Origin: Octopus vulgaris
Lineage: Eukaryota
NCBI GenBank assembly: GCA_951406725.2
Contig: OX597817.1
Span: 135,222,001-135,286,000 of the forward strand
Length of the DNA stretch: 64,000 nucleotides
Reading direction: 5' to 3'
The translations under genes were made by a program, and so were the position numbers. The notes under the pieces were generated by a model. That model was not told the origin of the DNA. It ran no database searches and was given only the letters and a program-made list of their open reading frames with translations. Of this stretch, positions 27,969 through 41,442 are shown piece after piece (the first letter of the stretch is position 1; every line of letters starts with the position of its first letter).

Positions 27969-28148
27969 TTACACCTAGAAAATATTGTCGCCCAATTGAG
28001 AGGTTTTGAAAAACGTCAATCCAACCCTGTTTGAATATTTCCACAAACTTCTCAATCAATCTTTAAATAAGCATATCCGAGATGTCCACATTTCCTCATT
28101 TCACGAGAACAGACGCGACAGAGGTGATTGCAATAATGAAATGAATAA

Positions 28149-28340
28149 GACGACGAACTGGCGGAATCGTTAGCATGCCGGACAAAATGCTTAGCGACAT
28201 TTCCTTTGTCTTCACGTACTGAGTTCAAATTCTACCGAGGACGACTTTGCCTTTTATTCTTTCGGGGGTCGATAAAATAGGTATCAGTTGCGTCCTGGGG
28301 TTAATGTAATTGACTTACCCCCTCCCCCGAAATAGCTGTC
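28149..28340 (+). mobile_element. SINE-A
   Basis: ctggcggaatcgttagcatgccggacaaaatgcttag..gagttcaaattc. Confidence 0.8.
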
Positions 28341-28699
28341 CGTTTGCCAAGATAATTCAAGAGGTGTACGGTTTCTTATAATCAGCAAATTCTTCGACCG
28401 TTTAGGGTTTTGAACGGCTTCAGAAATTTGCAGACAGATTCTGTCCTCATTTGCAATATGTCTTCCACACCAAATCGTCCACCATAATGCAGAATATCTT
28501 ATTTGCGCCATCTTCACGGAAAGTGACAAGAGCAGAATTAGCCAAAGTGTGAGGCCTTCATTAACCTAACAAAAGTATTCAGCTGCAGAGATAACCTATT
28601 TAAGATGTTATCACCCATCGGTTTCTCACCTAAGCACCTGGCCTACCTGCAATTATATCATGATAATATGATGAACACCATGAGGTATGAGAGTTCTTT

Positions 28700-29125
28700 T
28701 TCTTTAGGTACCATGCCCAGAATGTAGGACGTTGGGGATCACTTCATGCCACAATTCTTTGTTTTCTGTAATAGTTCCTCTCTCCGATGTTAAATGCCTC
28801 TTGCTTCCAAAAAATCCTTCAAAGCTTGACATCAGTATCATCCTTCTCTTCCCTCTGCTTCTTTTTCCTTCAGTCCTTCCAGTCATCGCTAAATTCTCCA
28901 GGCCCTCTTTCCTCATCGGATAACCAAGAAATTTCAGTTCCTTAGCCCTATCTCACAAAGCAGTTTCCTATTTACCATAGCCTGGCTCCTCCCTTCTTCA
29001 TTAGATCCTTTGTCCATGTTATCCTCAATATTCATCTTAAGAACCACATTTTACAGCACTCCAAGCACCTTCTCATTTCTGATGTTATAAACCCTGCCTC
29101 ACTTCCATACATTAATACAAGGTAT
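28700..29125 (-). mobile_element. RTE-clade LINE C-terminal fragment
   Basis: VLMYGSEA..MWFL..ILRITWT..; MRKEGLENLAMTGRTEGKRSRGKRR. Confidence 0.8.
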
Positions 29126-29285
29126 AAGAGTGTTGAGTCTAAAAGAGTTGAGTGGAGAAGAGCCGAGTGAAGCAATGGTGTGTCCTCACCCTGACGTCAC
29201 TCCTGAAACACGCACTCGAGCCCTCAACGGATGGTATCTACCTTCCCCCAAAAGTGTTTAATATAACCAGCTCGAATGTCAGAAG
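29126..29285 (+). repeat. 160-bp element, copy 1
   Basis: Differs from 29927-30085 at about 3 positions. Confidence 0.95.
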
Positions 29286-29389
29286 ATGAGTAGAGACATG
29301 CTGTCTCCTCAAACTTTACTTAATACTCAAAAATCTTATGAACAGAAATTATGATTTATTTGCTGTCACAATTAGTCTAAGTCATGAGT

Positions 29390-30200
29390 AAAAAATCACT
29401 TTCCAGACCCTCTTTCAATTAAGATCAAATGCAAGAAACTGGACTTGTATATGAGATACAGTATCTTGGCTACACTGTTACAAACAATCTCGCCCTTGAT
29501 GTGAAATTCGTATCAGCAAAGCAGTTACTACTTGCTCGAGACTTACTAAGAAAGTATACGAAAATATACAACTTATAACATCTATCACGATCTTAGTGTA
29601 CAATCCTTATATTCCCAGCACAATTGTGTATGGCAGCAAATCTTGGACAGTATACTCTTCTCAAGAACACAAACCTGTCATGTTTCATTTAATATCTGCA
29701 CAGAATCCATGAAGCCAAATGACAGGGCAGGATCTGCAACAGTGACAAACACTTACCTAAGTAGGGACCTCCTCCATGTTCACCTTCTTGCAACAAAGAC
29801 GATTTCGATGGCTTGCATATATCAATCGCTTCAATGATGGTCGTATTCCATAAGACCTTCTCTTTGTGAACTGGAATCTGAATTAAGAGGCAAAGATCGC
29901 CTTCACCTGCGATACATAAGTACTCCAAGAGTGTTGAGTCTAAAACAGTTGAGTGGAGAAGAGCCGAGTGAAGCAAGGGTGTGTCCTCACCCTGACGTCA
30001 CTCCTGAAACACGCACTCGAGCCCTCAACGGATGGTATCTACCTTCCCCCAAAGTGTTTAATATAACCAGCTCGAATGTCAGAAGTGTTATTTGAAGCAA
30101 ACATCGTAAATCCTGTTTCCTGCGAAGCGGTCTCTCACAACAGCACTCGTGAAAGCAGCTATTATCAGTGAAATTGAGAAATGGAAAGCAATATCCTCAT
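29390..30200 (+). mobile_element. RTE-clade LINE fragment, interrupted by the 160-bp element
   Basis: YLGYTVTNNLALDV, STIVYGSKSWTVY, QRRFRWLA and NDGRIP; resumes after 30085. Confidence 0.75.
29927..30085 (+). repeat. 160-bp element, copy 2
   Basis: Direct repeat of 29126-29285. Confidence 0.95.
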
Positions 30201-30852
30201 AACAGCTGGATGAACAAAGCTAGTACGAAGGAATTATTCACGTAAAAAAATCTGCATACAGTGGCGGTGCCCCAGCATGGCCACATTCCTTGAGCTGGAA
30301 TACAAACATATAAAGGAATACAATATCCACAGTGTTTATATGTCAGAACTGCGGTTGAGGCTGCAGATCGAGGATTGAGTTTCACAGCTATTTCAGAAAT
30401 GGTCATTAGACCTCGTTCTCCTTCTCTATTGCCCCCCAACAATATCGTGTTAATTGAGAGCGGTTTAACCTACCTAAAGACTATGCAGAAACGTCTTCTT
30501 TGGGTTGTAACCAGAAAGTGGTAGTGTTTAGAGTGGATTAATCTTTTGACCTGGCATTGCAAAACAAGCAGCAGACATGTATCTGGGAAACTTGCCCCTT
30601 TGGGGGATAGATTAGTGTTATGAGAGAATTTACCAGGACCGTAACTGTGCTCCGACAATAAAAAAAAATTGTTATTACTGAACGAATTTAAAGATTAAAT
30701 GACGGAATGTCTGTATGTCGGAGTAAACTTCCAGTGACTTCAAATTTCTACCTAATTTTAGTTCCCGATTGTAGCTGCCTCAGTTAATCAGCATCTACAC
30801 TGACTCCGGGAAATATATCAACGTCTATAATCTAACAAGGGAGACTCTATTT

Positions 30853-31222
30853 CAATGGTTCCCAGCCATTTTTTATCTATGGATCCCTTAGATTAATATT
30901 TTGCTCTGGTGGACCCCTGAGTTAATCGATGTTTAAAAACTAGTTTTCTATATACTTCTTTTAAAATTCCTATTTTGTTTTTCACCCATTCACTTGTGTA
31001 GGTTTGCAACAGAACTCACTGAGAGAACATGTTTCAGTGACTGGAAAAATGTTAAACTATGAAAAATATTAAAGAAAGAAACCTAGTTATTAAAGCAAAA
31101 CTTTGTCATGAGCCTATAAAATACTACTTCTGACCCCCCCAATTTACGATTTTGCTTGCATGGGCCCTAAAAATTTTATATGGATCCCGAGGTGTCACAT
31201 GGATCTTGATTGGGAACCACTT
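30853..31222. mobile_element. hAT-type MITE
   Basis: Termini caatggttcccagcc and gattgggaaccactt; 8-bp TSD ctctattt/ctctactt. Confidence 0.8.
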
Positions 31223-31859
31223 CTCTACTTGCGAGAAATAATAACTAAATTTCCCTCCAACGACACCCTGAAGTCTTGACAAAGGATACATCTGTTAATG
31301 ACGGTCGGCGTACAGTATACTTTAAAAAAGACGGAATAGCCACGAAGGAATATCTTTCGTTAAAGGCCTTCTTAATCATGACTGACCTGGATCTAAGCAA
31401 CAATGATAACAACAATCTGAACGTCTTAAAATCCTTCATCCCCAATTCTGAAATCAATGGCCCAATCAATCGTCTGTTGCCAAACCGAATACAAAACCAA
31501 TAATCGAATTGAAAATATAGATATTTCAATTTCGATTAGTTTTATTTTAAGATCACAAATATTAGGATTGTGTCTACAATTTTAATAATTGGATTACAGA
31601 ATCGGTGGAGCGTCAGAGAAAATGTCTGGCAGAGCTTAATTATGTCTTTTTGCGCTGAGCTCAAATATCACGGACATCCGCTTCATCTGAAGGGCAGAGA
31701 ATGACAGAATCAGTTGAGTATCGGACACAATACCTTGCAGTATTTAGTTGCGGTCTTTTATGTTCAAATTTCACTGAGGTCCACTGAGTATCCTTTTATA
31801 CCTCTACATGAAAAGATCTGATCATGAAATACAATTTCAGGCGATCGGAAGAATTCGCT

Positions 31860-32605
31860 TTTTACTTCACTAATGTTCCTGTACTGAGGATTTTGCCTTG
31901 TCCTTTGGTACAATATCAAACTCCTCCCAGTTACTTCATAATCTAGAATTAGATGCACGTGATGTTGGACTACTTCTTAACCCTAGTAAAACTAAATTCA
32001 TTGCTCACAATCAACAAGGATCCATCAGCAACATCAGAAAAGTCCCTATCAATGAAGTTGACTTCACGTGCATCGGTTTTGAGACAGCCTCAACGGAAAG
32101 AGATTTAAAACCTCAGACAGCCAAAATATGGTCGGCTCTAAACAAACCAGATGTTACCTAGAAATAGACCCTATCAGACAATCTTAAGATATTTTTGTCC
32201 GTGCATCAGTAGAGTCAGTCCTTTTATATGAAGCAACAGCTTGGATGCTAACCAAAACTCTGGAATCAAAGCTAGATGGAACTGACAGGCGAATGCTAAA
32301 AGCAGTCTTAGACATACCTTAGAGAATTCATCCCACCAAGAAACAGTTGTGTGGCGATCTCCTGCCTCTTTCCGCCTTTACAAGACAAGGGTACTTGCGC
32401 TTTGCGTGATATTGTTGGCAAACTAAACAAAGGTTGGGCAGTGATCTTCTGCTGTAGATGTCAAAACATGGTTGTACTGGAGCAGATCGTCCGAAGACAA
32501 TGTATGTAGATCATCTCACCAGAAACGCTGGATACCACCCCGAAGATCTTCCGAGATGGATGGCGTGCGTAAGTTAAAAATGTCTGAGCAAACTCGACCA
32601 GATGG
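31860..32605 (+). mobile_element. RTE/RTEX-like LINE ORF 3' fragment
   Basis: VGLLLNPSKTKFI, KIWSALNK, RASVESVLLYEATAWMLTKTLESKLDG, LRFA*YCW and DRPKTMYVDHL. Confidence 0.8.
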
Positions 32606-32916
32606 TCATGAATGTCACTAATGTCCACACATTTTCGTTGGACAAACCAGTAAAATGCCCTGTGACTGTGCGAAGATAAAAGATAACATCGTTTTATTTC
32701 ATAAATAAAAATAGAAATATACTAAAATAGAAAAAAACATAACAAAATATTCCATGACGAGACCGATAAAATAAGTATTTAAAACAAGTACTAAGTCGAT
32801 TTGTTCGACTAAACTCCTTCAATGCGGTGCCCCAGTATGGCCACAGTCCAATGACAGAAAGAAGTAAAAAGTAATCGATGAAAGATAAAATCAGTGAAGA
32901 ATCGAAAGTGAAATTC

Positions 32917-33225
32917 ATAATTCCTAATTCAAAGAATAAACTCGAATGGTTTTAAATTCATAATTCATAATTCAAAGAATAAACACAAATGGATTTAAAT
33001 TTATAATTCATAATTCAAAGAATAAACTCGAATGGTTTTAAATTTATAATTCATAATTCAAAGAATAAACTCGAATGGTTTTAAATTTATAATTCATAAT
33101 TCAAAGAATAAACTCGAATGGTTTTAAATTTATAATTCATAATTCAAAGAATAAACTCGAATTGTTTTAAATTTATAATTCATAATTCAAAGAATAAACT
33201 CGAATGGTTTTAAATTTATAATTCA
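32917..33225 (+). repeat. 43-bp minisatellite, 7 units plus one more after the Helitron
   Basis: Unit ataattcataattcaaagaataaactcgaatggttttaaattt; the array resumes at 34033. Confidence 0.92.
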
Positions 33226-34032
33226 CTAGCAGCATAGCCCGGCGTTGCCCGGGTATGTAAGAACCCTTAGTAGGCAACGACTAAGCCCAATCTAGTCCTT
33301 TCCCTCTAGAGAACGAAGGCGCATGTGTAGGTTGCAATGTCTTCTCTTCACTACCAAATAACTATCAAACAGCTATCGATAATTCAACCCAACCAATTCC
33401 TACCAGGAAGAAATTACATTCGAGACTTTACCCCCAACACCGCCACTTCTGCTAATAGCTGCTGCAGCCGCAAGTTATTCGAATACTTTTTTTGTTTACA
33501 CTTTCTTTATAACTACCAACCCAAACGTTTTACCTTAAATTTTTGACGTACCCTAAGGGTCCTCGGACGCTACTTGCAAACTCTTGGTTTATTATAAACC
33601 GCTTTTGTCGTGTGCATCAAAAAACCTTTTCCATTCGTTTGTTCAGTTTGGTCACTTTTGACTTTTTCGTTGTTGTCACTCACATTGCTGCCCGCTTTTT
33701 TGCCGTTTTTGTACATTTTTATACATTTTGGGATACTTACCCCACGTGTTCCGAGAGTTAAAAAGGTCGAGTTGCGTCCCCTAGACAGTCTGTAGAAAAT
33801 GTGTTGCATATAAAAAGCTTAGATTCTCGACCCATGTCGAATTTATCGATTTTTTTTCAGAACTGGGGGAACTTTTCAAAATTTTCGCTGCGTTAGTTTT
33901 GAATTATGACATTGGGCTACGTGTGTGTCAAGTTTCATCAGAATCGGTTGAAAGCCGTGGTCAGGGTGAGGGTACAACCTGATAGACACACAGACACACA
34001 GACAGACAAACTGCCGTTTATATATAGAGAGA
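33226..34032 (-). mobile_element. Non-autonomous Helitron, 807 bp
   Basis: 5' TC, 3' hairpin cccgggcaacgccggg plus CTAG; inserted between A33225 and T34033 with no TSD. Confidence 0.9.
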
Positions 34033-34184
34033 TAATTCAAAGAATAAACTCGGATGGTTTAAAATTTATGATTCATAATTTAAAGTGAAAATATTTCAGA
34101 TGCTTATTTAGAAATTCCTTAACAGCCGACGCCGTTTTCTTTTAAAGCAATTTTACATTGTTACAGTTCTATACTGTTTCCTAT

Positions 34185-34562
34185 AGGCGCGGGTGTGGCT
34201 GTGTAGTAAGAAGTTTGGTTCCCAGCCACATGGCTCCGGGCTCAGTCTCACTGCATGGCACCTTGGGCAAGTATCTTCTACCAAAGCCTTGTGAGCGGAT
34301 TTGATAAACAAAATCTGAAAGAAACATGTCTTGTGTGTGTGTGCACGCGCTCTTGTTTATCCCTCGTCATCACTTGGCAACCGGTGTAGGTATTTTTACG
34401 CCCCCGTAACTTGGTAATTTGGCAAAATACACCGATAGAATAACTACCAGGCTTTAAAATAAATAAATAAATAAGTACTGGGATACATTCATTTGGCAAA
34501 AAACTCTTCAAAGCAATGCTCCAGTATGGCCTCAATCTAATGACTGCAACAAATAAAAGATA
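34185..34562 (+). mobile_element. SINE-B composite
   Basis: Runs from ggcgcgggtgtggctgtgtagtaagaag to gctccagtatggcc..aaataaaaga. Confidence 0.85.
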
Positions 34563-35484
34563 AACAATAGAAAAAATTCAAAACGATCTCAAATGATTTT
34601 AAATTTATTATTTAAAATCATAATATTTCAAATGTTTATTTATCTGGAATTCCTTAACAGCCGACGGCATTTTCTCTTAAAGCGATTTTACGTTCTTCTC
34701 GTCTAAAACAGAAATGGCTGACTCCTTCTCCTGCTTCCTATAAAAGCGATTTGCTTCTGCTTCTTGCGAAAGCAATGAAACCAACGCTGTATATTATTAT
34801 CAGCAATATCATTACCTAGAGCTGTAAACTAGACAATGTAACAACTTATTGAAAATATATTATTGTTTCTTTGTCTTATATTATTGTTCCCTCTCTCTCT
34901 CCTCCTCTCTCTCTCTCACACACTCTCTCTCTCTCTCCATCTGTAATTTTCACATTTTCTAATGAGTTTTGTTTCTAGTGCAACAGATATATATATATTA
35001 GTTTATATATTGGTTTCTCATTTTTTTTTTCTTGGATCCGTATCGATATTCTTAGGTGACATCACGACGTCTTGCGGAGAATGTAATAAGTTATAATGAA
35101 AGCAATGCGCAAAATAGCTGACGTTATGAAAATGACGACCAGAACCAATAACAATGGCCAAAGGAACAGAGCTTAATATATTTTCTGATGTGTGTGTGTG
35201 TATCTGTGTGTACGCGTACGTATGTGTGTGTTTTACATTTTTATCTTTTACTTGTTCCAGCCATTAGACTGCGGCCATGCTGAGGCACCACCATGGAGAA
35301 TTTTACTTGAATGAATCAACCCTAGTACTTATTCTATCGATCACTTTTGCCAGACTGCTAAGTTAAGGGGACGTATACACATCAACACTGTTTTTCAAGT
35401 GGTGTGTACGGTGGGACAAACGCAGACACAAAGACACACGCATATGTGTGTGTGTGTGTGTGTGTGTGTGTATAAACATATACA

Positions 35485-36600
35485 TCAAAATACCAAGGAA
35501 GGAGATATAAATCCGTATGAAAAACACTCGCTACGGCCATATCGTTACGGTAGCAATAATAGTGATATAAACAACACGGTAACAGCGTCAGAAAATGAGG
35601 TCAGAACTGCCACATATACAACTAAATCTAATAAATGCTCCAGCAGAGAAAAATCAAAATGCCCATTGATGAACCTCTGTATGAGTACGAATCTTGAATA
35701 TAAATGTACCGTGCACACAAGGAGAGGACCGTATGTTAACATTGGGGTGGCGACTGATTCATTCAAAAATCATTATCACAACCATTTTATAAGATTCTAT
35801 AAAATCAACAAGAGGCAATCAACATCTTTGGCCGATTTTGAGTGGCGACTTAAGAAAGATAAAATTAAATATGATCTAACTTGATCCATAATAAGGTACG
35901 CACAACCATATAATATTCTTTCCAAGAGATGCAGACTCTGTCCCGAGGAATCCCTGTTGATTTTGTGGACCAATGAGAAGATCATTAATAGAATTTCTGA
36001 AAGACTCTCAAGTTGCTTACATGCTTATAAATGCACTTTCGCGCAATGCAGCGGGAATGAATTTGAGTATTAGTTAATCAAATTAACAATCATAATTTAC
36101 CTTAAGGTATGGATGAATTAAATTTAACTCTAGCCTTGCCGTTCGTATAAACACTGAATAGCTATCTGATTCGCTGTGTGAACGTATGTACACCAAACAA
36201 CGCGTGTGCGTATGCTTATATCTTTGCGAATGTTTGTTCGCGCGGGTGTACGTGCGCCATATAGCCTAGGCGAGGGCGTTTATACATCCATATCAATTAA
36301 CGGTTATATTTAATACTTTTTCTGCTGCATTGTGCATTCGTTACTTTTTGCATGTTATTTATTTTTGATCTTATATAAAAATGAAGCTGTATCCTTTAAT
36401 TTCCATACACAAACCGAGAAGATATCTTGCGGAAGAGTCGTTATTTTGACGAGATACATTTTGTATTCACCTGACGAGACACAGCTACACCGTCACTTGC
36501 TAAGTATCCCACTCGTGTGGGATCGATGCTAGATGGGTGGAAACAATTGTAGTGATTAATAAACATTCTCGTACCTTCCATCTTCCGTTCCTCTCATTAA
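35485..36600 (+). mobile_element. PLE 3' fragment: Cys linker, GIY-YIG (Naiad-like) and pseudo-LTR
   Basis: CSSREKSKCPLMNLC..LEYKCTV..NIGVATDSFKNHYHNH..STSLADFEWRLK..*SIIRYAQPY..KRCRLC..INR..SSCLH, then an HHR and AATAAA. Confidence 0.85.
36467..36555 (+). ncRNA. Type I hammerhead ribozyme with long stem II
   Basis: tcac CTGACGA gac...(atcccac/gtgggat hairpin)...gtg GAA ACAATTGT A gtga; the 10.1-11.1 pair is mismatched. Confidence 0.7.
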
Positions 36601-37790
36601 TCATGCGCACACACACACACACACGCACGCATACACACACACACACGACTGGCTTCTTTCAGTTTCCGTCTACCATATTCACTCACAAGACTTTGATCGG
36701 CCTCAGACTATATTAGAATACACTTGCCCAAGGTACCATGCAGTGGGACTGAACCCGGAACCATATGGTTGGGAATCAGACATCTTACCAGACAGTCACA
36801 CCTGCACGTTATATAATGTAATTTTGTATTTAATTTTTTTTTTTAATCTGGTACCATGACAACTGGTATGATATTTTTTTTAAATCTTGATCTTAAGGTT
36901 TCCTAAGCATTTTTACATTTCTTTGGCTATTTCGAATTTTCAAAGAACTCGCAGCTCAATATTGTTCCTTCTAGTTGCTGTTGTTGTTGTTGTTGTTTAG
37001 CCTTGATGAAGCAAACATATATTTTGAGGAAAAGAATTCCAGCCGGGACCATGCCGTCTTTTTAGAAACACAGATAATCCAGAACTAAATTCTCCATCGG
37101 GTGCTTTTTATATATCAGAGAGTAATGTGTTTTGACAATGATTTGGTTATTATTTCTAGCCGGTCAATCTACCAATTAAAGACACACACACACAAACACA
37201 CACACAACGTGCAATTGGTCCATGGTTGGGTGTTGTTTCTTACAAGAGAATCTGTTGCATGTTCCTTTGTTTCTGATGGTGTTTTTGTCTTTTAGATTTC
37301 TTCCATATTGACTTAAATTACACGTGACCCAAGAATAGGAACATGGCAAGACAATGCACCAACGAGAACATCTGGAAAATTAAAAATCAAACCAGAACAG
37401 ACACTTAAATCTGGACGAAGACAAAAACGAACATTAAATTTTCTCAAAAATAAAGTAACACCCGTTCTTTTCCACCCTCCCTCTCTCCCTCTTTCTCTTT
37501 CCCTCTCTTTGTCTTTCTCACTCTCACTCTCAGTCCCTCTCTCTCTCTCTCTGTTTCATTCTCTTTGTCTTCCTCCTTCTCTTCCTCTCTCCCTCTTGTT
37601 TTGCATATGTTTGCTCGTGTTGATGTGAAGGTTGTACATATCCACGTATATATGCATATGTATATGCGTGTGTGCATATGTGTGTGTATGTGTGTGAGCG
37701 TTTCTGTGTGTCTCTGTGTGTATACATATATATATATATATGTACGTGTGTGTATGTGCATTGATATATAGCTATATATACATTGTATTT

Positions 37791-37842
<52 letters not shown>

Positions 37843-37921
37843 GTGTATATCTACAACTCTGTATATATGTATCTACGTACCCAAACTGAGATTCACACAT
37901 ACTCACAGGTGTATAGTGTAT

Positions 37922-37952
<31 letters not shown>

Positions 37953-37992
37953 CGTATATATATATGTGTGTGTATATATATATATGTATATA

Positions 37993-38048
<56 letters not shown>

Positions 38049-38403
38049 CGCACACACACATACAAACACACTTACTGCGGTGCTCATAATAATTTTCCAT
38101 AAGAATAAATCAATTTGACATTGAAGCGTCTTGAAGTAAATAATTTCGCCAAACATATATTTCCCTCTTTTTCTCTTTTTTTTTTGGGCGGTTAATATAG
38201 ATACAGGCCTCTGTCTCCACAGACCCACATGTTCAGTGGGGTGGAGTGGGGTGGGGCCGTGGCATAGATATGTGGAAGAGGGGGTGGAGGAGAAAAGAGG
38301 AACATCAAAGAAGACAGCAGAGAACATCTAATTAAACGCAGACTTTTCTTTAATGAATATGAGATGGATGCTGTTCCTTCACCATCCTCAACATCATTAT
38401 CAT

Positions 38404-38434
<31 letters not shown>

Positions 38435-39090
38435 AGCATCACTATAATCGTCATCACTATCGCTAACATCAGCATTATCCTCATCATCCTCACCCCCCCC
38501 CCCCCCAACTACCGCAGCTACCACGACTATCATCACTATTATCATATTTACCAACATCATCATCGTCATCGTGATGTTGGTAAATATGCCAACATCATCA
38601 TCATCATCGCCATCACCATCACCATTACAGCTGTCATAATTTTCATCCTCATCCTCATCATCCTCATCATCATCATCCTCATCATCATCATCGTCTTCAC
38701 CACCACCGCCATCATGGATAGGATATATTTGCATTGTTTTTTATTTCCATCTTCTTTTACGAAATTCCTTTTTGTTTGTTTTATATTTCATTTTAAAATT
38801 CTTTTATTTTTATCATTTATTTTTTTGGTTTTTCCTTGTTATTTCAATTTAATTAATTTCTTAATTTAGACACCCAAAATAGGTTATTCTTTGATGTGTT
38901 ATTCCCAAATAGATATTTCAGTTATTATTACACTCACTTCCTTATTCAATCACACCAACCCACACCCACCCGCCCACCATCTTTCCTTTCCTTTACACTT
39001 TCTCATTTAATTTCGGTTTAGCGCATCCGCTCTTTTTTTGCTTGGCTTTTTGGTCTTTTTTTATTTGCCGTTTTTAATATTTTTACCCAG

Positions 39091-39105
39091 CGTAGCAGCA
39101 GTAGC

Positions 39106-39188
<83 letters not shown>

Positions 39189-39207
39189 CAGTAGCAGCAG
39201 TAGCAGC

Positions 39208-39292
<85 letters not shown>
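39091..39292 (+). repeat. (CAG)n/(TAG)n compound microsatellite
   Basis: Direct reading. Confidence 0.95.
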
Positions 39293-39293
<1 letters not shown>

Positions 39294-39430
39294 GCTCCTG
39301 CTGCTACTGCTACTACTACTACTACTCTCTGATAGCTGTCTGCGTTTGAGATAATGTAAAGACAGTTTCGCTCCTAACAAGCGCACCAAACACACGGTTA
39401 CCGTGTCCCACCTGGCACATACATATACGT

Positions 39431-39933
<503 letters not shown>

Positions 39934-40694
39934 GGGAGAGGGAGGAATTTAGCGCGTCTATATTTATTATAAGTGTTTGGGTACGACTTCGTTTTTAACG
40001 CCGTTGCTCTTAAATGGTTCCCTGTGAACAGTTACGCAATATTTACGACTAATTATATTGTTAGACACTTCACAAAACATACGGTATTCCATACACAACG
40101 TAAACAAAAATAGGTATATTAAATGTTATACAACTTGAATTCTTAATTTCTTAAAATTATTTTCGTCTCAAGGGCATGTATCAGAATTCCCAAATGAAAA
40201 TTGAAACCAACTCCACATGAGAAAGGGAGATAATCTCGAAAGTTGAAAAGCTATCAAATAATAGGACAGGCTTATCGTTTGGAGATAAGAGAACAGTCGT
40301 GGACATGAGTCACCTCTTCTCATATAGAATTGTTCGCAATAGTCATTTGGTAATTGCGGTTCATCCTCTACAAGCGGAGATAATGTCAATAAATCAAGAA
40401 TCTATATTCTGTAGTATTCGAGATGCCCGTAATTATCTATGTTCTTCAAACATGTATATCTATGGATGAATGGATGGAATGATTGATGGATGGATGGATG
40501 GATGGATGGATGGATGGATCTATGTGTGTATGTATGTGCGTTGCCTAGTGGGTAGGGTGTTGCACTCACGATCGTTAGATTGTAGGTTCGATTTCCGGTG
40601 TTCTTGAGCATTCTCACATAGCCCTATTCTCACTATTTCTCATTGTTTATATTTTCTAACCACCTTTGTCTCTTTTATTTTTTCTTTCATTCTT

Positions 40695-40726
40695 CTGATG
40701 AAGGACTAGCGTCCGAAACGTTGTGA
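40695..40726 (+). ncRNA. Minimal hammerhead motif in an H1-related repeat
   Basis: CTGATGA a ggac tagc gtcc GAAAC GTT; stem II covaries relative to H1 and H2; stem I is decayed. Confidence 0.65.
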
Positions 40727-41097
40727 CTCTTTTCTTTTTAAAAGTTAAACGTATTCTACATTTATTAAAGCTCGCCTCTCTCACGTTCTCTTCTTTTTGG
40801 TTCATTGTTTAATATCGATACACAGATATACATATATATGTATATACACATACATACACAAAAGCAGATTACTATGACAGAAAGTTAAATATATCTATTA
40901 CATGTGTGCGCATGTGAGTGTGAGTGTGTGTATGGGTTCGCGTGTGTGTGTGTGTGTGTATATTTGTGCGTGTGTGTGTGTATGTGTGTTTGCGTGCGTC
41001 TGTGAATGTATGTATATATGTATGTATGTACATACATATGCACACAGATTACTAAATAAAGATAGAAAAATGTATATATATATATATGTATATATAT

Positions 41098-41327
41098 ATT
41101 TCTTTATTGCCCACAAGGGGCTAAACATAGAGGGGTCAAACAAGGACAGATAAGGAGATTAAGTCGATTACATCGACCCCAGTGATTAACTGGTACTTAT
41201 TTAATCGACCCCGAAAGGATGAAAGGCAAAGTCATCCTCGGCGGAATTTGAACTCAGAATGTAACGGCAGACGAAATACTGCTAAGCATTTCGCCCGGCG
41301 TGCTAACGTCTCTACCAGTTCGCCGCC
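41098..41327 (-). mobile_element. SINE-A, full length
   Basis: Reverse complement of the 2805-3035 family. Confidence 0.9.
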
Positions 41328-41409
41328 TTTATATATGTACATATATATATATATATACATATATACATGCATACATACATACACATACATACATACATAC
41401 ATACATACA

Positions 41410-41442
<33 letters not shown>

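Larger units (their letters stand above)
35240..36807 (-). mobile_element. SINE-B split by a PLE insertion in its internal microsatellite
   Basis: 3' module at 35240-35425 and head at 36646-36807 flank the PLE fragment. Confidence 0.7.

Noticed and set aside
32917-33225. Regular repeats resembling a CRISPR array
   Set aside because: Head-to-tail units with no unique spacers, eukaryotic context and no cas genes.
35882-35884. In-frame TGA in the Naiad-like endonuclease as possible selenocysteine
   Set aside because: It falls at a position normally Trp (TGG to TGA), not Cys, and the copy is otherwise decayed.
38192-38734. 180-aa acidic ORF on the minus strand
   Set aside because: Built from (GAT)n decay with frame-switching homopolymers; no domain or splice support.
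39070-39349. Acceptor-like ttttacccag before the CAG tract
   Set aside because: All frames stop within about 270 nt and no convincing donor was found.
40543-40612. tRNA-like sequence
   Set aside because: It has A and B boxes but no complete acceptor stem; it is a SINE head.
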